IMG/VR virus record: IMGVR_UViG_3300029610_000052
Length of the DNA: 14,034 nucleotides
Reading direction: 5' to 3' (one strand)
Source: a virus
The position numbers and the translations under genes are program-made. How positions within the stretch are numbered: the first letter of the stretch is position 1; the number at the start of each line of letters is the position of its first letter. The notes beneath the pieces were generated by a model. It was given only the letters and a program-made list of their open reading frames with translations. It had not been told where the DNA came from and did no database searches. Positions 12,557 to 14,034 of this stretch are shown one piece after another.

Positions 12557-14034
12557 ATACCACCCCATACCCCGCCAGCTTCGCCCGGTTGAGCGCCGAC
12601 ACCTGTTCCGCAAACACTCTGGGTGTCGTCTGGCTCTGGAAGTTTGCGCTGCGGATGACCACGTTGGTGGAGAAGTCCGTATTGCCGCCCACATAGGTCG
12701 TTGACGGAAGAAGCCCGCTTCGCTGGATTAGCCCCGTGCCCGGCAGCGTCAGCGTCCCGCTGAAGCCGATGCCCGCCAGTGTGCTGTTGACCGCATCGCG
12801 GATTTCCGCGGCGGCCTGCTGCGTCATTCGCTTCGAGGACAGAATGCCCGCCGCCAGCGACACACCGACCGCCTTGCCTGTTTTCTCCTGGTTCGACAGG
12901 TCATCCAGCGTCTCCTGCACCGGCGCAACCGCATCCTGCGTCGTTTCCTGCAGCCCCTGCGAACTCTCTGTGATGCCGCTGCCGATGGCTTCCATTGCGT
13001 CCGAGCCAAGCGCATCGACCCCGTTGTCCGCGAAGAGCATCAGGCGCATGTAGTCCGCAAGAACGCCGGTGGCAGAGGATGCGTCGATGCTGTCCAGCGA
13101 GAATCCGTTTTCAAGCAGGGATGCCATAACGCCATTGATAGTGTCCATGCCTTCCTGTGCATCCTGTTCAAGCCACGATGCGTGCGCTTCGCGTATACCT
13201 TCGTTTAACGCTCTGTATGTGTTGCCGAGGTCAAATCCAGACATTTGCGAAGGGTCAGCCGCATATTTTCTCACCTGCTCCGGGTCATTCCACCAGTTCA
13301 ATCCATACTTTTCGCCGTAGGAGGCATAAGTGGTCAGCAGCTCCGGTGTCATATTGTCTCGCAGCCAATTTTCTGCGAAATTCATCGAGTCAGCCTGCAT
13401 AGCTGCCTGCATAGAGGACAGAAGTCGGATTTGCTCGCCGCCGGTCTGAATATACTGCCACGCTTCCGGGTTCTGTTTAGCCATTCCTTCCAGAATAGCC
13501 GCCACATCCGCCTGAAATTGCGCATTCACTTCATTCTCCGCTGTATTCAGTTCCGTCTGCCGTTCAGCCAGTGCCGCATCATACGCCGTCAGCTCCTCGT
13601 CACTTGCACCTGCTTCGCGTGCCGCAGCCTGACGTTCGTCTGAAATCGCTGTTTCTGCTTTTCTTTTCGCCTCAATTTCCGCCATCTTCTGCTGATAAAC
13701 GCCAATCGCGTATGCCGCCGCTGATGCGACAGCCTCCTCCGAGCCGTGCCCACTCGCCACAAGGTCGAAATACGACTTGTAGGTGGATGCCTCCAAGCTC
13801 TCCGTTTCGGCTTCCAACCCCATCATCTGGTTGCGCAACGCCATCACGCGATCCAGCGCCGCCTGAAGCGCGTTTAGTTCTTCATCCGTCGCAGAATTAC
13901 CTTTGCGGTACACCGTTTGAAGCAGCGCGTTATAATCCGCTACTGCGTTCTGCAACTGCGTAGCGACTTCCCGGACACCCACGTCGTCGCTGGTTGCGCC
14001 GTCATTTGCTTCTGCCATGATGCGCACACCGACC
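12555..14034 (-). CDS. Tail tape measure protein, C-terminal part. Unique sequence is 12555..13935, and 13936..14034 duplicates 1..99.
   Basis: The tracked ORF 12555..14027 begins with VRIMAEANDG..., which is in frame with and identical to the end of the minus-strand frame running from 2105 to 1. The sequence is helical and Ala/Glu/Gln-rich, typical of tape measure proteins. I see no obvious lysozyme or peptidase motif. Confidence 0.85.
   Translation of the reverse strand, partial: VGVRIMAEANDGATSDDVGVREVATQLQNAVADYNALLQTVYRKGNSATDEELNALQAALDRVMALRNQMMGLEAETESLEASTYKSYFDLVASGHGSEEAVASAAAYAIGVYQQKMAEIEAKRKAETAISDERQAAAREAGASDEELTAYDAALAERQTELNTAENEVNAQFQADVAAILEGMAKQNPEAWQYIQTGGEQIRLLSSMQAAMQADSMNFAENWLRDNMTPELLTTYASYGEKYGLNWWNDPEQVRKYAADPSQMSGFDLGNTYRALNEGIREAHASWLEQDAQEGMDTINGVMASLLENGFSLDSIDASSATGVLADYMRLMLFADNGVDALGSDAMEAIGSGITESSQGLQETTQDAVAPVQETLDDLSNQEKTGKAVGVSLAAGILSSKRMTQQAAAEIRDAVNSTLAGIGFSGTLTLPGTGLIQRSGLLPSTTYVGGNTDFSTNVVIRSANFQSQTTPRVFAEQVSALNRAKLAGYGVV
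13936..14034. repeat. Right copy of the 99-bp terminal direct repeat, identical to 1..99.
   Basis: It matches 1..99 exactly at an offset of 13,935. Confidence 0.95.

Noticed and set aside
13936-14034. The 99-bp end repeat as a physical phage terminal redundancy (DTR), an LTR or an IS end.
   Set aside because: It lies in the middle of the tape measure coding sequence and keeps the reading frame. An HNH/cos-type packaging module does not predict a DTR. An exact short end overlap is what a circular path in a de Bruijn graph assembly produces. I also considered false circularisation through an internal TMP repeat. That would enclose only sequence between two repeats within one gene, not the whole gene set seen here.
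1-14034. A search by eye for a CRISPR array, tRNA or tmRNA, integrase or att sites, IS elements, and holin or endolysin genes.
   Set aside because: I saw no regularly spaced repeats, no cloverleaf-like GC-rich ~75-nt segment outside coding regions, no recombinase-like ORF and no membrane-protein ORF with a plausible start. Absence by eye is not proof. tRNAscan, ISfinder and profile-HMM searches would be decisive.

Overview
The window appears to be a whole contig. Its first 99 nt (1..99) recur exactly at 13936..14034, an offset of 13,935 nt, so it closes into a 13,935-bp circle (or a circularly permuted or concatemeric molecule). About 12 kb is a single minus-strand operon, a textbook HK97-like siphovirus morphogenesis module. 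In transcription order it holds an HNH endonuclease, a P27-type small terminase, a large terminase, a portal, a ClpP-like prohead protease, an HK97-fold major capsid protein, four neck proteins, a major tail protein, a G/G-T tail chaperone with a -1 frameshift at an A9 run, and a tape measure protein. The tape measure ORF is cut by the contig ends and closes in frame across the junction, giving 1,161 aa. The ORF track misses its 5' part (1..2105) because that part has no stop inside the window. The remaining ~2 kb (10543..12554) is the only non-structural cargo. It holds two small plus-strand bicistronic units, each pairing one ribbon-helix-helix protein with one unknown acidic protein of 50-59 aa. 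Each unit is opposed by a minus-strand promoter and terminator that would make a ~80-90-nt antisense RNA. An MntA/HepT (nucleotidyltransferase/HEPN) toxin-antitoxin pair sits between the two units. I found no integrase, replication protein, lysis genes, distal-tail, tail-tip or receptor-binding genes, CI/Cro-type repressor, late activator, tRNA or CRISPR. The DNA is visibly GC-rich with strong GGAGG ribosome-binding sites, which suggests a Firmicutes/Clostridia-type host (low confidence). The main hypothesis is a structural-module-only circular element that fits no described phage, satellite or GTA class well. An assembly artefact or a deletion derivative remains the main alternative.
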